Assembly (NCBI GenBank): GCA_947446285.1
Contig: CANFGH010000004.1
Coordinates: forward strand, 12,926-76,925
Reading direction: 5' to 3'
Length of the DNA: 64,000 nucleotides
From: Chloroflexota bacterium
GTDB taxonomy: Bacteria; Chloroflexota; UBA11872; UBA12225
This document shows positions 43,817 through 52,275 of the stretch, in pieces (within the stretch, counting starts at the first letter, position 1; each line of letters starts with the position of its first letter). The notes under the pieces were generated by a model. That model was not told the origin of the DNA. It was given only the letters and a program-made list of their open reading frames with translations, and did no database searches. Both the position numbers and the translations under genes were made by a program.

Positions 43817-44722
43817 GTGAGCACCGAAGGCGGGGCCGCCGGGGCGGCAATATCTCTACGCGCAACCCTTGCGAACTCCAAGTGGTTGGGCACTGCATGC
43901 CCCAAATGCAGCGAAGGGTTTGCGGTTGCCGACCAGGTAGTCCTGTGCCCGTCATGTTTCTCAGCGCACCACGCTGCTTGCTGGCGAGAGAACGGGAATA
44001 CGTGCGCCAAGGACCAGACGCCTGGTCGCATCATCGAGCCCCGTGGGCGCGGTGCCTCGCCCGCATCTGAGGCTCCCGCTCCGGTTCAGGCTCCAGCTTC
44101 GGCTGGGCCAGTCGCAGCACTCGCAGCAGTTGCACGACCCGCCGCTCCGGCCAAGCCTGCTGCACCCGCCGCCCCGGTGAAGGGTGCCGGCCCCGCAGTG
44201 CGCGACGCCAAGGGCCTCCGTCCGATCGATGGTGTGCGTGCTCGAATTCAATCAGCGACGAATGACCTTGCGCCCGTCTTTGGCACCGCCATCGACGAAG
44301 TTACCGTGACCGTTCCACCTGAAAATCTTCCCGAAGCGGCACGCAGGCTGAAGGAAACCGACGGGCTGAAGTTCGATTACCTGAGATGCCTGAGCGGCGT
44401 TGATTACCAGTCAGACGGCATCGAGGTGGTCTACCACTTGTTCAGCACCCGGCTGGCACAGAAGTGCGTTCTCAAAACCCGTTTGGCAGCCGAGGGCGAC
44501 GCCGTTGGGACGGTTACCACGGTCTGGGCAGGTGCCGACTGGCACGAACGAGAAACCGCCGAAATGTTCAACATCCGGTTTGAGGGGCACCCATACCCCG
44601 AACCACTTCTTTTGGAACGCGATGACCAAGGCACCATCGTTCCCGGACCGGTTCTTCTTAAGCGCTTCAAGTTGCGCCCCAAGGAACCGCCCGCTCAGTA
44701 TGGCTTTCCCGAGCAAGAGTAG
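43817..44722 (+). CDS. nuoC: NADH-quinone oxidoreductase subunit C with an N-terminal zinc-finger (prokaryotic RING-like) domain and a Pro/Ala linker
   Basis: The C-terminal ~160 aa are canonical NuoC (FDYLRCLSGVDY...WHERETAEMFNIRFEGHP). The N-terminus has CPKC-x12-CPSC-x3-HH-x2-CW-x7-C. Confidence 0.85.
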   Translation: MSTEGGAAGAAISLRATLANSKWLGTACPKCSEGFAVADQVVLCPSCFSAHHAACWRENGNTCAKDQTPGRIIEPRGRGASPASEAPAPVQAPASAGPVAALAAVARPAAPAKPAAPAAPVKGAGPAVRDAKGLRPIDGVRARIQSATNDLAPVFGTAIDEVTVTVPPENLPEAARRLKETDGLKFDYLRCLSGVDYQSDGIEVVYHLFSTRLAQKCVLKTRLAAEGDAVGTVTTVWAGADWHERETAEMFNIRFEGHPYPEPLLLERDDQGTIVPGPVLLKRFKLRPKEPPAQYGFPEQE

Positions 44723-44731
44723 GAGTTCGCC

Positions 44732-45904
44732 ATGGCCATTGCAACTTCCATCGACATGCTTCGCGAACCTGTGCCCTCGGTGGCTGAGGAGCGCAATCTC
44801 GAAACGGTCGAGATGACGATCAACATGGGGCCACAGCATCCCAGCACGCACGGTGTGTTTCGGATGGTCCTGACCCTTGAGGGTGAACGCGTTAAGAACG
44901 TGCAGTCACACATCGGGTACCTGCACCGGGGCGCCGAGAAACTCGGTGAATCTGGCGATCTCGAGGGCTACCGCAAGGCGATGATCACCCTCGACCGCAC
45001 GGACTATCTCTCGTCATTGCTCAATGAGCATGCGTATGTGATGGCGGTTGAAAAACTGGCGGGTATCAGCGTGCCGGAACGCGCTGAGTACATCCGCGTC
45101 ATTCTGGGTGAAATCACCCGGATAAACTCGCATTGCATGTTCTACGGCGCATTCGGTGCCGACGCCGGTGCCACGACGCCCTATATGTATGCGTTTGCGT
45201 TGCGTGAAGAAATCCAGCAACTGTTCGAGGCGGTCGGTGGCGCACGGATGTTTCCGAACTACTACCGCGCCGGAGGCCTGCGCGAGGATGTTCCCCAGGA
45301 CTTCGTTCGCCGGGTCCAGGCGATCGTTGACCGGGCCCTATACGCCTTCGATGACTTTGACAACCTGATCACCGCCAACGAGATCTTCCTGTCGCGGACC
45401 CGGGGCTTGGGCATCCTTGATCAGACTCGTGCCCTTGACCTCGGTGTATCTGGCCCGTTGCTTCGTGCGACCGGACTCCCATACGACGTGCGAAGGTCCG
45501 AACCCTATTCGATTTACGATCGCTTCGCCTTCGACGTGCCCATCGGCACGACCGGAGACTGCTACGAGCGGTACCTCATTCGCCTAGAAGAGATGCGCCA
45601 GTCAATCCGTATCATTGAACAGGCGCTCAAGGATCTGCCCGCCGGCCCGACCATGGGCAACGCCCCCAAGGCACTGCGTCCCCCGAAAGGCGAGGCGTAT
45701 GTCCGCATCGAGAACTCCCGAGGCGACTTCGGCGTCTACTTGGTGTCGGATGGGAAGTCGAGTGCGCCATACCGGGTGAAGTACCGTTCCCCCTGCTTCG
45801 TAAACCTTCAATCACTCAACGACATGGTGATCGGAACCTACATCGCCGATGCCGTCGTCGCGCTTGGGTCGATTGATATCGTCCTCGGCGAGGTTGACCG
45901 CTAG
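44732..45904 (+). CDS. nuoD: NADH-quinone oxidoreductase subunit D
   Basis: Motifs include NMGPQHPSTHGVFR and IGYLHRG. The protein is 390 aa. Confidence 0.95.
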   Translation: MAIATSIDMLREPVPSVAEERNLETVEMTINMGPQHPSTHGVFRMVLTLEGERVKNVQSHIGYLHRGAEKLGESGDLEGYRKAMITLDRTDYLSSLLNEHAYVMAVEKLAGISVPERAEYIRVILGEITRINSHCMFYGAFGADAGATTPYMYAFALREEIQQLFEAVGGARMFPNYYRAGGLREDVPQDFVRRVQAIVDRALYAFDDFDNLITANEIFLSRTRGLGILDQTRALDLGVSGPLLRATGLPYDVRRSEPYSIYDRFAFDVPIGTTGDCYERYLIRLEEMRQSIRIIEQALKDLPAGPTMGNAPKALRPPKGEAYVRIENSRGDFGVYLVSDGKSSAPYRVKYRSPCFVNLQSLNDMVIGTYIADAVVALGSIDIVLGEVDR

Positions 45905-45963
45905 CCCGTCTCCCGGCCATTCACTGTGCGATCAGCTCAGCCCAGACACCGAGGTTCAGACAT

Positions 45964-47205
45964 ATGACTAACAATGCCGCGTCGGAGTTGACGCTTCAGG
46001 CCGTTCCTTCATGGATGCCGGCATTTCTCGTCGCTCCGATGATCGGGGGACTCAGCCTCGCCGACCTCATTGCGCTGGTCGTCCTGCTGCTCTTCGTCCT
46101 CAACTTCGTCATGATCGAAATCTGGATGGAGCGCAAGGTTGCGGGGCATATCCAGCTCCGTCGCGGACCGCTGCACGTCGGCCCACACGGGTCACTGCAA
46201 AGCCCGGCCGACGTCCTGAAACTGCTCACCAAGGAAGACCTCACTCCAGTCGCTGCGGATCCAATCGTCTTCCCAATGGCTCCCTACCTCGTCTTCGTGC
46301 CCGTCTTCCTGACCTTCCTGGTCATCCCTTGGGGTCCACTCGTCCTCTTCGGGAATTTCGTGATCCGACCGTTCGACCTCGGACTGGTCTACATGGTTGC
46401 GATCCCCGCTATGCAAGGGATCGGGCTGGTAATGGCCGGCTGGTCCTCTGGGAACAAGTATTCGCTGCTTGGCTCGGCCCGGGTGGTCGCCCAGCTCATC
46501 TCCTACGAACTTCCGATGGTGATTGCCCTGCTTGGCGTTGCGATGATGGCGGAGAGCCTGAACCTCACCACAATTGTGGAATCCCAAATGAAGCAGGGAT
46601 GGAATGTCTTCCTGCAGCCAATCGGCTTCCTAGTCTTCTTCCTCGCCACGATGTCAGAAATGAGTCGTGCCCCGTTCGACATTGCCGTGGCTGAGTCGGA
46701 AATCGTGGGCGGCCCGTTTGTCGAGTACAGCGGCATGCGTTGGGGCATGTTCTATCTCGCTGAGTTCGCCGCCGTCTGCCTCAACTCGGCACTTTCGACC
46801 GCCCTCTTCCTCGGAGGATGGGAACTGTTTCCCGGATCGCGTGCCCTCGGTCTTGGGTGGATCTCCGATCAGTTCGGGCTTCTGTTCTTCATGGGGAAGA
46901 TGATCGTCCTCGTCCTGATCATCCAGTGGGCCCGTTTCGCGCTTCCCCGTCTCCGCATTGACCAACTCATGGACTTCGCATGGAAGTTCCTTCTTCCGGC
47001 AGGCTTCGTGAACTTCATCCTCACCGCAATCCTGCAGGTATTCGGCTTTGTGCCGTTTGCCATCGGGATCGGCTTGACCCTCGCATTCGCCGCCGTGTTG
47101 CTTGCGACGTATCAGGCACGACGAAGCCCTTCCACCGTTGCGCTCATCCGGACAGCAGCAGCCGCCGCCGTGCCGACCAGCCAGGGCGTCGGCCTTCCAG
47201 TCTGA
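45964..47205 (+). CDS. nuoH: NADH-quinone oxidoreductase subunit H
   Basis: Motifs include ERKVAGHIQLRRGP, GWSSGNKYSLLG and FDIAVAESEIVGG. Confidence 0.95.
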   Translation: MTNNAASELTLQAVPSWMPAFLVAPMIGGLSLADLIALVVLLLFVLNFVMIEIWMERKVAGHIQLRRGPLHVGPHGSLQSPADVLKLLTKEDLTPVAADPIVFPMAPYLVFVPVFLTFLVIPWGPLVLFGNFVIRPFDLGLVYMVAIPAMQGIGLVMAGWSSGNKYSLLGSARVVAQLISYELPMVIALLGVAMMAESLNLTTIVESQMKQGWNVFLQPIGFLVFFLATMSEMSRAPFDIAVAESEIVGGPFVEYSGMRWGMFYLAEFAAVCLNSALSTALFLGGWELFPGSRALGLGWISDQFGLLFFMGKMIVLVLIIQWARFALPRLRIDQLMDFAWKFLLPAGFVNFILTAILQVFGFVPFAIGIGLTLAFAAVLLATYQARRSPSTVALIRTAAAAAVPTSQGVGLPV

Positions 47206-47238
47206 CCTCCTGACGCTGACCCACAAAGGATTTGACCG

Positions 47239-47730
47239 ATGCGTGGCGTTCTCGGTGGCTTCTTGCAGACACTGAAGTCATTCCTGACCAAACCAGTAAC
47301 CCGCCTGTATCCATATGAAAAGCCACCTCTCGAAGCGCGGTTCATGGGTGCACCTTCCCTCCTTTGGGACGATGCGGTAGACGAGGTCGTCTGTGTTGCA
47401 TGCAATATCTGTGCGCGTTCTTGCCCGGACGACTGCATCACGCTTACCGGAGACAAGTACACGGACGGCAAGACCAACAAGAAGAACATCATCAAGGACT
47501 ATTTCATCGACCTTGGCCGATGCTCTTACTGCGGCATCTGCGTGGAGGTGTGTCCATTCGATGCCAACGAAATGTCCCCGCACTTCGAACTGAGTACCTA
47601 CGACCGCATGACCTTGGTCTACGACAAGGACCAGCTGATCGAGATTGGTAGGGGTGTGACCCGTCGCACCGGCAAGCCGGAACCAGTGGGGCCGCTCCCG
47701 GGGATCCTCGATCCATCCACCTATCGCTAG
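47239..47730 (+). CDS. nuoI: NADH-quinone oxidoreductase subunit I (2x[4Fe-4S])
   Basis: The two cluster motifs are CVACNICARSCP and CSYCGICVEVCP. Confidence 0.95.
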   Translation: MRGVLGGFLQTLKSFLTKPVTRLYPYEKPPLEARFMGAPSLLWDDAVDEVVCVACNICARSCPDDCITLTGDKYTDGKTNKKNIIKDYFIDLGRCSYCGICVEVCPFDANEMSPHFELSTYDRMTLVYDKDQLIEIGRGVTRRTGKPEPVGPLPGILDPSTYR

Positions 47731-47833
47731 TCACAAATCGGTTCGCCCGGACCGTCGAAATCGGGTGTCGGGTGTAGCATCAACGCTTGCACGCGCGAGC
47801 TAATGGATGCGGCATCGTGTCATTGGAGAAGCC

Positions 47834-48352
47834 ATGGAACTGAGCGCGCTCGCCTTCTACGTCGTTGCCGGGGTCACCCTCGTTGCAGCGCTTGGCGTGG
47901 TTGTCGCGCGCAGCGTCGTCTACGCCGCTCTCCTGCTGATCCTGTCACTCGTCATGACTGGCCTCATTTACCTTCTTCTGCTCGCAGACTTCCTCGCCCT
48001 CATCCAAATCCTTGTGTACGGCGGAACAGTGAGCATCCTTCTCCTGTTTGCCCTGATGTTGACGCCACCTGAGACACGCCCGGAACTCAACCATCGGGGA
48101 TGGGCGCTTGGTGCCGTCGCTTCGGGTGCGCTGTTCGTCCTCTTGCTTGTTGCATCACTTGCCGACAAGTGGCCTGCAGCCGGGGGAACGCGTCACATCA
48201 GCCTCGTCGACCTGGGTCGTGCACTCTTCTCGACGTGGGCGGTCCCCTTCGAAGTGGCATCGGTAGTCTTGCTCGTTGCGCTTCTCGGCGCGCTGACCAT
48301 CGCGCGCAGCACCACACCTGGCAGCAAAATCGCCCCCCGTGCTTCGGCATGA
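47834..48352 (+). CDS. nuoJ: NADH-quinone oxidoreductase subunit J
   Basis: The segment FLALIQILVYGGTVSILLLFALML. The ATG at 47834 has GGAGA upstream. Confidence 0.85.
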   Translation: MELSALAFYVVAGVTLVAALGVVVARSVVYAALLLILSLVMTGLIYLLLLADFLALIQILVYGGTVSILLLFALMLTPPETRPELNHRGWALGAVASGALFVLLLVASLADKWPAAGGTRHISLVDLGRALFSTWAVPFEVASVVLLVALLGALTIARSTTPGSKIAPRASA

Positions 48353-48373
48353 TGATCGTCTGAGGCGAAACGA

Positions 48374-48682
48374 ATGGTTCCCATCGAACACATCATGGTT
48401 TTCACCGGCGCCCTGTTCTGCATTGGCGTCTACGGTGTCATGGCTCGCAGGAACGCCGTGCTGGTGCTCATGGCGATCGAACTCATGCTCAACGCCGTTG
48501 CCATCAACTTGGTGGCTTTCGGCACGCTGGTCTATCCCGGGCAAATCAATGGCATGGTGTTTGCGATCTTCGTCGTGACCATCGCCGCTGCCGAACTCGG
48601 GCTCGGTCTTGCAATCGTCCTGCGGGTGTACCGGATGCGTTCAAGCATCAATGTTGACGATATCGATTTGATGAGGTGGTAG
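48374..48682 (+). CDS. nuoK: NADH-quinone oxidoreductase subunit K
   Basis: 102 aa with three TM helices and the segment IELMLNAVAIN. Confidence 0.9.
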   Translation: MVPIEHIMVFTGALFCIGVYGVMARRNAVLVLMAIELMLNAVAINLVAFGTLVYPGQINGMVFAIFVVTIAAAELGLGLAIVLRVYRMRSSINVDDIDLMRW

Positions 48683-48685
48683 CTC

Positions 48686-50695
48686 GTGGACTACGCGTGG
48701 CTCGCGCCCGTGCTGCCGATCGGTGCCTTTGCGCTCAACGTGCTGATCTGGCGACAGATGGGCGCCAGAAAGCATGCCCTGTCGGCTCTGACAACACTCG
48801 CCGCCATCGGTGGCGCGTTCCTGGTTTTTCTCGCCGTCTTCTCAGATGCGTCAGCGCACCTTGAAGAAACCGCAACGAGCAGTGGCCGACATCTGATCTT
48901 CGAGGGTGCGCCGTGGTTCACGGTGGGCATCTCGCCACACCTCTATGTCTTCGCGCCAACATTGGTGGTCGACTGGCTGTCGATCATGATGCTTGGCGTC
49001 GTCACATTCCTTGCATTCCTGATCGAGTTCTACGCAACGGGCTACATGAAGGGAGACAACCGCTACTGGTGGTTCTTCTCCGTCAAGGCCCTCTTCACCG
49101 CAGCAATGCTCGGTGTTGTCCTTTCATACAACTTCCTGCTGATGTACATCTGTTGGGAGCTCGTCGGCCTCTGTTCGTTCCTCCTGATCGGTTTCTGGTA
49201 CTCGGAACGGGCAAACGCCGAGGCTGCCAAAAAGGCATTCATCACCACCCGCGTCGGTGACGTTGGGTTCTTCATCGGCCTCGCCCTGCTATTTCTCAAG
49301 ACTGGTACCTTCGACATGAAGGCGACGTTCGCCGCCGTCGAATCCGGCGCGATCGACCCTGCCACCGTCACGATTGCCGGCATCCTGATTTTTCTCGGGG
49401 CGATGGGCAAGAGTGGACAGTTCCCCCTGCATGTCTGGTTGCCTGACGCCATGGCCGGCCCGACGCCGGTCTCTGCACTCGTTCATTCGGCAACCATGGT
49501 CGCGGCGGGTGTCTATCTAGTCGGTCGTGCATATCCGATCTTCCATGCGTCGTCAACGACGATGGGAGTGATCACCACCATCGGAACCATCACGGCCATT
49601 TTCGCGGCAACGATCGCGCTGACCCAACGCGATATCAAGCGCATCCTTGCCTACTCGACCATCAGCCAACTCGGATACATGATCATGGCCTTGGGTGTCG
49701 GTGCCTACACCGCGGGCCTTTTCCACCTGTTCACTCATGCCTTCTTCAAGGCCCTACTGTTCCTTGGTGCCGGATCAGTCATCCACTCCATGGAACCCGT
49801 CCTGCACGGGACCGGGCGCAACCCAAATGACATCTTCAACATGGGTGGCCTTCGCAAGCAGATGCCCGTGACGTTCTGGACCTTCCTGCTGGCTTCACTT
49901 TCCCTGGCGGGCATCGCGCCTCTCGCTGGCTTCTGGAGCAAGGACGCCATCCTCGTCGGCGCCTATGAAGCCGAAGCCTGGTTGCCTTTGTTCGTTGCAC
50001 TGCTTACGGCGTTCCTGACCGCCTTCTACATGTTCCGGTGCATCTATCTGGTGTTCTTCGGACCGGCCAAGTGGCAGGTCGCGACGGCAGCAGGCGACCA
50101 CCATGACAACCGTTCGACTGACCACGTCACGGGTCACCATGCAGTGCCCCACGAAAGCCCGTGGACGATGTCACTTCCACTTGTGGTGATATGCGTGCCC
50201 GCGATTGCAGCCGGGTGGATCGGTATTCCCGGATTTTCTGAGGGCTTCGCCGAGACCGTCCGGTTCGGTCCAGTGATCGAGGAACACATCAATCTGGTCC
50301 TTGCCGGGGCCGGAACGCTTGCCGGGGTGCTCGGCATCGGTCTCGCAACATTGATGTACCTCACGCCCGTATCCGGACCTCGCCTCATCTCGGAGAGTTT
50401 CCCGTCCGCCTACAAGACCCTCTACAACAAATACTACTTTGATGAGATGTACCAGTGGATCATCGACCATATTGTGCTTGCGATTGCCTCACTGGCTGCG
50501 ACAGTCGATCGGAAGATCCTTAACGATCGCATCGTTGACTGGTGCGGGCCATTCCTGCAGGGCGCGGGCGCCCGCCTGCGCCTCACCACCTCCGGCTACA
50601 TCTATCACTACGCGTTCGGCTTCATTGTCGGCATCATGGCCATTGGTGTGGTCATGTCGGGCGGTATCCCGGACATGCGGTTCGCACTCTGGTAG
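48686..50695 (+). CDS. nuoL: NADH-quinone oxidoreductase subunit L
   Basis: Antiporter-like motifs GKSGQFPLHVWLPDAMAGPTPVSALVHSATMV. The protein is 669 aa with a C-terminal lateral-helix region. Confidence 0.95.
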   Translation: MDYAWLAPVLPIGAFALNVLIWRQMGARKHALSALTTLAAIGGAFLVFLAVFSDASAHLEETATSSGRHLIFEGAPWFTVGISPHLYVFAPTLVVDWLSIMMLGVVTFLAFLIEFYATGYMKGDNRYWWFFSVKALFTAAMLGVVLSYNFLLMYICWELVGLCSFLLIGFWYSERANAEAAKKAFITTRVGDVGFFIGLALLFLKTGTFDMKATFAAVESGAIDPATVTIAGILIFLGAMGKSGQFPLHVWLPDAMAGPTPVSALVHSATMVAAGVYLVGRAYPIFHASSTTMGVITTIGTITAIFAATIALTQRDIKRILAYSTISQLGYMIMALGVGAYTAGLFHLFTHAFFKALLFLGAGSVIHSMEPVLHGTGRNPNDIFNMGGLRKQMPVTFWTFLLASLSLAGIAPLAGFWSKDAILVGAYEAEAWLPLFVALLTAFLTAFYMFRCIYLVFFGPAKWQVATAAGDHHDNRSTDHVTGHHAVPHESPWTMSLPLVVICVPAIAAGWIGIPGFSEGFAETVRFGPVIEEHINLVLAGAGTLAGVLGIGLATLMYLTPVSGPRLISESFPSAYKTLYNKYYFDEMYQWIIDHIVLAIASLAATVDRKILNDRIVDWCGPFLQGAGARLRLTTSGYIYHYAFGFIVGIMAIGVVMSGGIPDMRFALW

Positions 50696-50769
50696 GAACC
50701 CGCCACCTCGAGTTGTCGGTCACCAACGTAATCTGAAACCATCAATCGCTACCTGTAAGGACAAGCTCA

Positions 50770-52242
50770 GTGGGCTACCTGTCGACGATGACCCTCGCGC
50801 CGTTCATAGCGGCGCTCATCATCATGCTGATACCGAGTCAACGGCCGGGTCTGACCCGTGCGGTGGCGCTCGTAGCCAGCGTCATATCGTTCGGGTTGTC
50901 CCTTGTGGTCTTCGCCGGGTACGACTGGCATCGGGCCGGGTTCCAGTTCCGCGAGGCTTACCAGTGGCTTCCGGACTACGGGATAACGATCAGCCTTGGC
51001 GTCGACGGCATCTCAGCTCCTCTGATCATTCTCAATGCCGTGGTCCTTCTGACCGGCACGATCGTCTCATTCAAGATCGCTGACCGCCCGAAGGAGTTCT
51101 ACGCGCTCTTCCTGGTGTCGGTGGCCGGGGTCTTCGGCGTCTTCGCTTCCCTCGACCTTTTCATCCTATTCCTCACCTATGACATCGCCGGCCTTCCGAT
51201 GTACCCGCTGATCGTGATCTGGGGCAGTACCCGCAAGAATTACGCCGCACTCAAGCTCACCCTCATGCACGTCTCCGGAAGCCTGTTCATATGGGTGGGC
51301 ATGATTGCCATCTACGTCCAGGCCGGTGCGAAATCCTTCGATCTTGAGTACCTCGCTTCCCAGGCACATTCCCTTCTCACACCGGGCTTCCAGACCATCT
51401 TCTTTCCCGTCATCTTCATCGGGTTCGGCTTCCTCGCCGCGATGTGGCCACTTCACACGTGGTCGCCCGATGGTCATGGTGCGGCGCCAACCGCAGTCTC
51501 GATGGTGGCTGCTGGAGTGTTGATGAAGCTCGGCGCCTACGGATGCATCCGTGTCGGCGTCTGGCTCCTGCCTGAAGGTGCGATGGTGTGGTCTCCGGTC
51601 TTTGTGACCCTCGGGACAATCGGTGCCGTATACGGTGGCGTCATGGCAATCGCGCAACGTGACTTCAAGTTCGTGATCGCCCATTCATCGGTCAGCCACA
51701 TGGGATACGTGATCGTAGGCATCTCAACGATGTCACTGGTCGGCTTGAATGGCGCGGTCTTGCAAATGGTCAGCCATGGCCTCATGACTGCCCTCTTCTT
51801 CGCAATGATCGGTGCCATGTATGACCAAGCACACACGCGCGAAGTTGGCATCTTTGGCGGGTTGGCCAAAAACATGCCCTGGTACACCGGGTTCTTCACC
51901 ATTGCATGCCTCGCGTCACTTGGCCTGCCAGGGTTGTCGGGGTTCGTTCCTGAACTACTCATCTTCCTGGGGGCCTTCCAGACATATCCAATGGTGGGCA
52001 TCCTTTGTGTTGCGACCGTCGCACTGGCGGCCACCTACATGCTCCGGTTGGTGGCTCGTGCATTCTTCGGACCACTCAGTCCTCGCTGGGCGTCACTCCA
52101 TGACCTCCTTCCAAACGAGTGGTTCGTGGGTGCTTTCCTTGTGATGACACTGATCATCGTCGGCGTCTATCCCACCCCGTTCCTCGACATGATCAACGCC
52201 TCAGCCGCACCAGTAATTGAGCGCGTGGGAGGGATACGTTGA
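50770..52242 (+). CDS. nuoM: NADH-quinone oxidoreductase subunit M
   Basis: Motifs include WPLHTWSPDGHGAAPTAVSMVAAGVLMKLG and IAHSSVSHMG. Confidence 0.95.
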   Translation: MGYLSTMTLAPFIAALIIMLIPSQRPGLTRAVALVASVISFGLSLVVFAGYDWHRAGFQFREAYQWLPDYGITISLGVDGISAPLIILNAVVLLTGTIVSFKIADRPKEFYALFLVSVAGVFGVFASLDLFILFLTYDIAGLPMYPLIVIWGSTRKNYAALKLTLMHVSGSLFIWVGMIAIYVQAGAKSFDLEYLASQAHSLLTPGFQTIFFPVIFIGFGFLAAMWPLHTWSPDGHGAAPTAVSMVAAGVLMKLGAYGCIRVGVWLLPEGAMVWSPVFVTLGTIGAVYGGVMAIAQRDFKFVIAHSSVSHMGYVIVGISTMSLVGLNGAVLQMVSHGLMTALFFAMIGAMYDQAHTREVGIFGGLAKNMPWYTGFFTIACLASLGLPGLSGFVPELLIFLGAFQTYPMVGILCVATVALAATYMLRLVARAFFGPLSPRWASLHDLLPNEWFVGAFLVMTLIIVGVYPTPFLDMINASAAPVIERVGGIR

Positions 52243-52275
52243 TCTCGGTACGAGCCGGCACCAAGAGGTTTTCCG

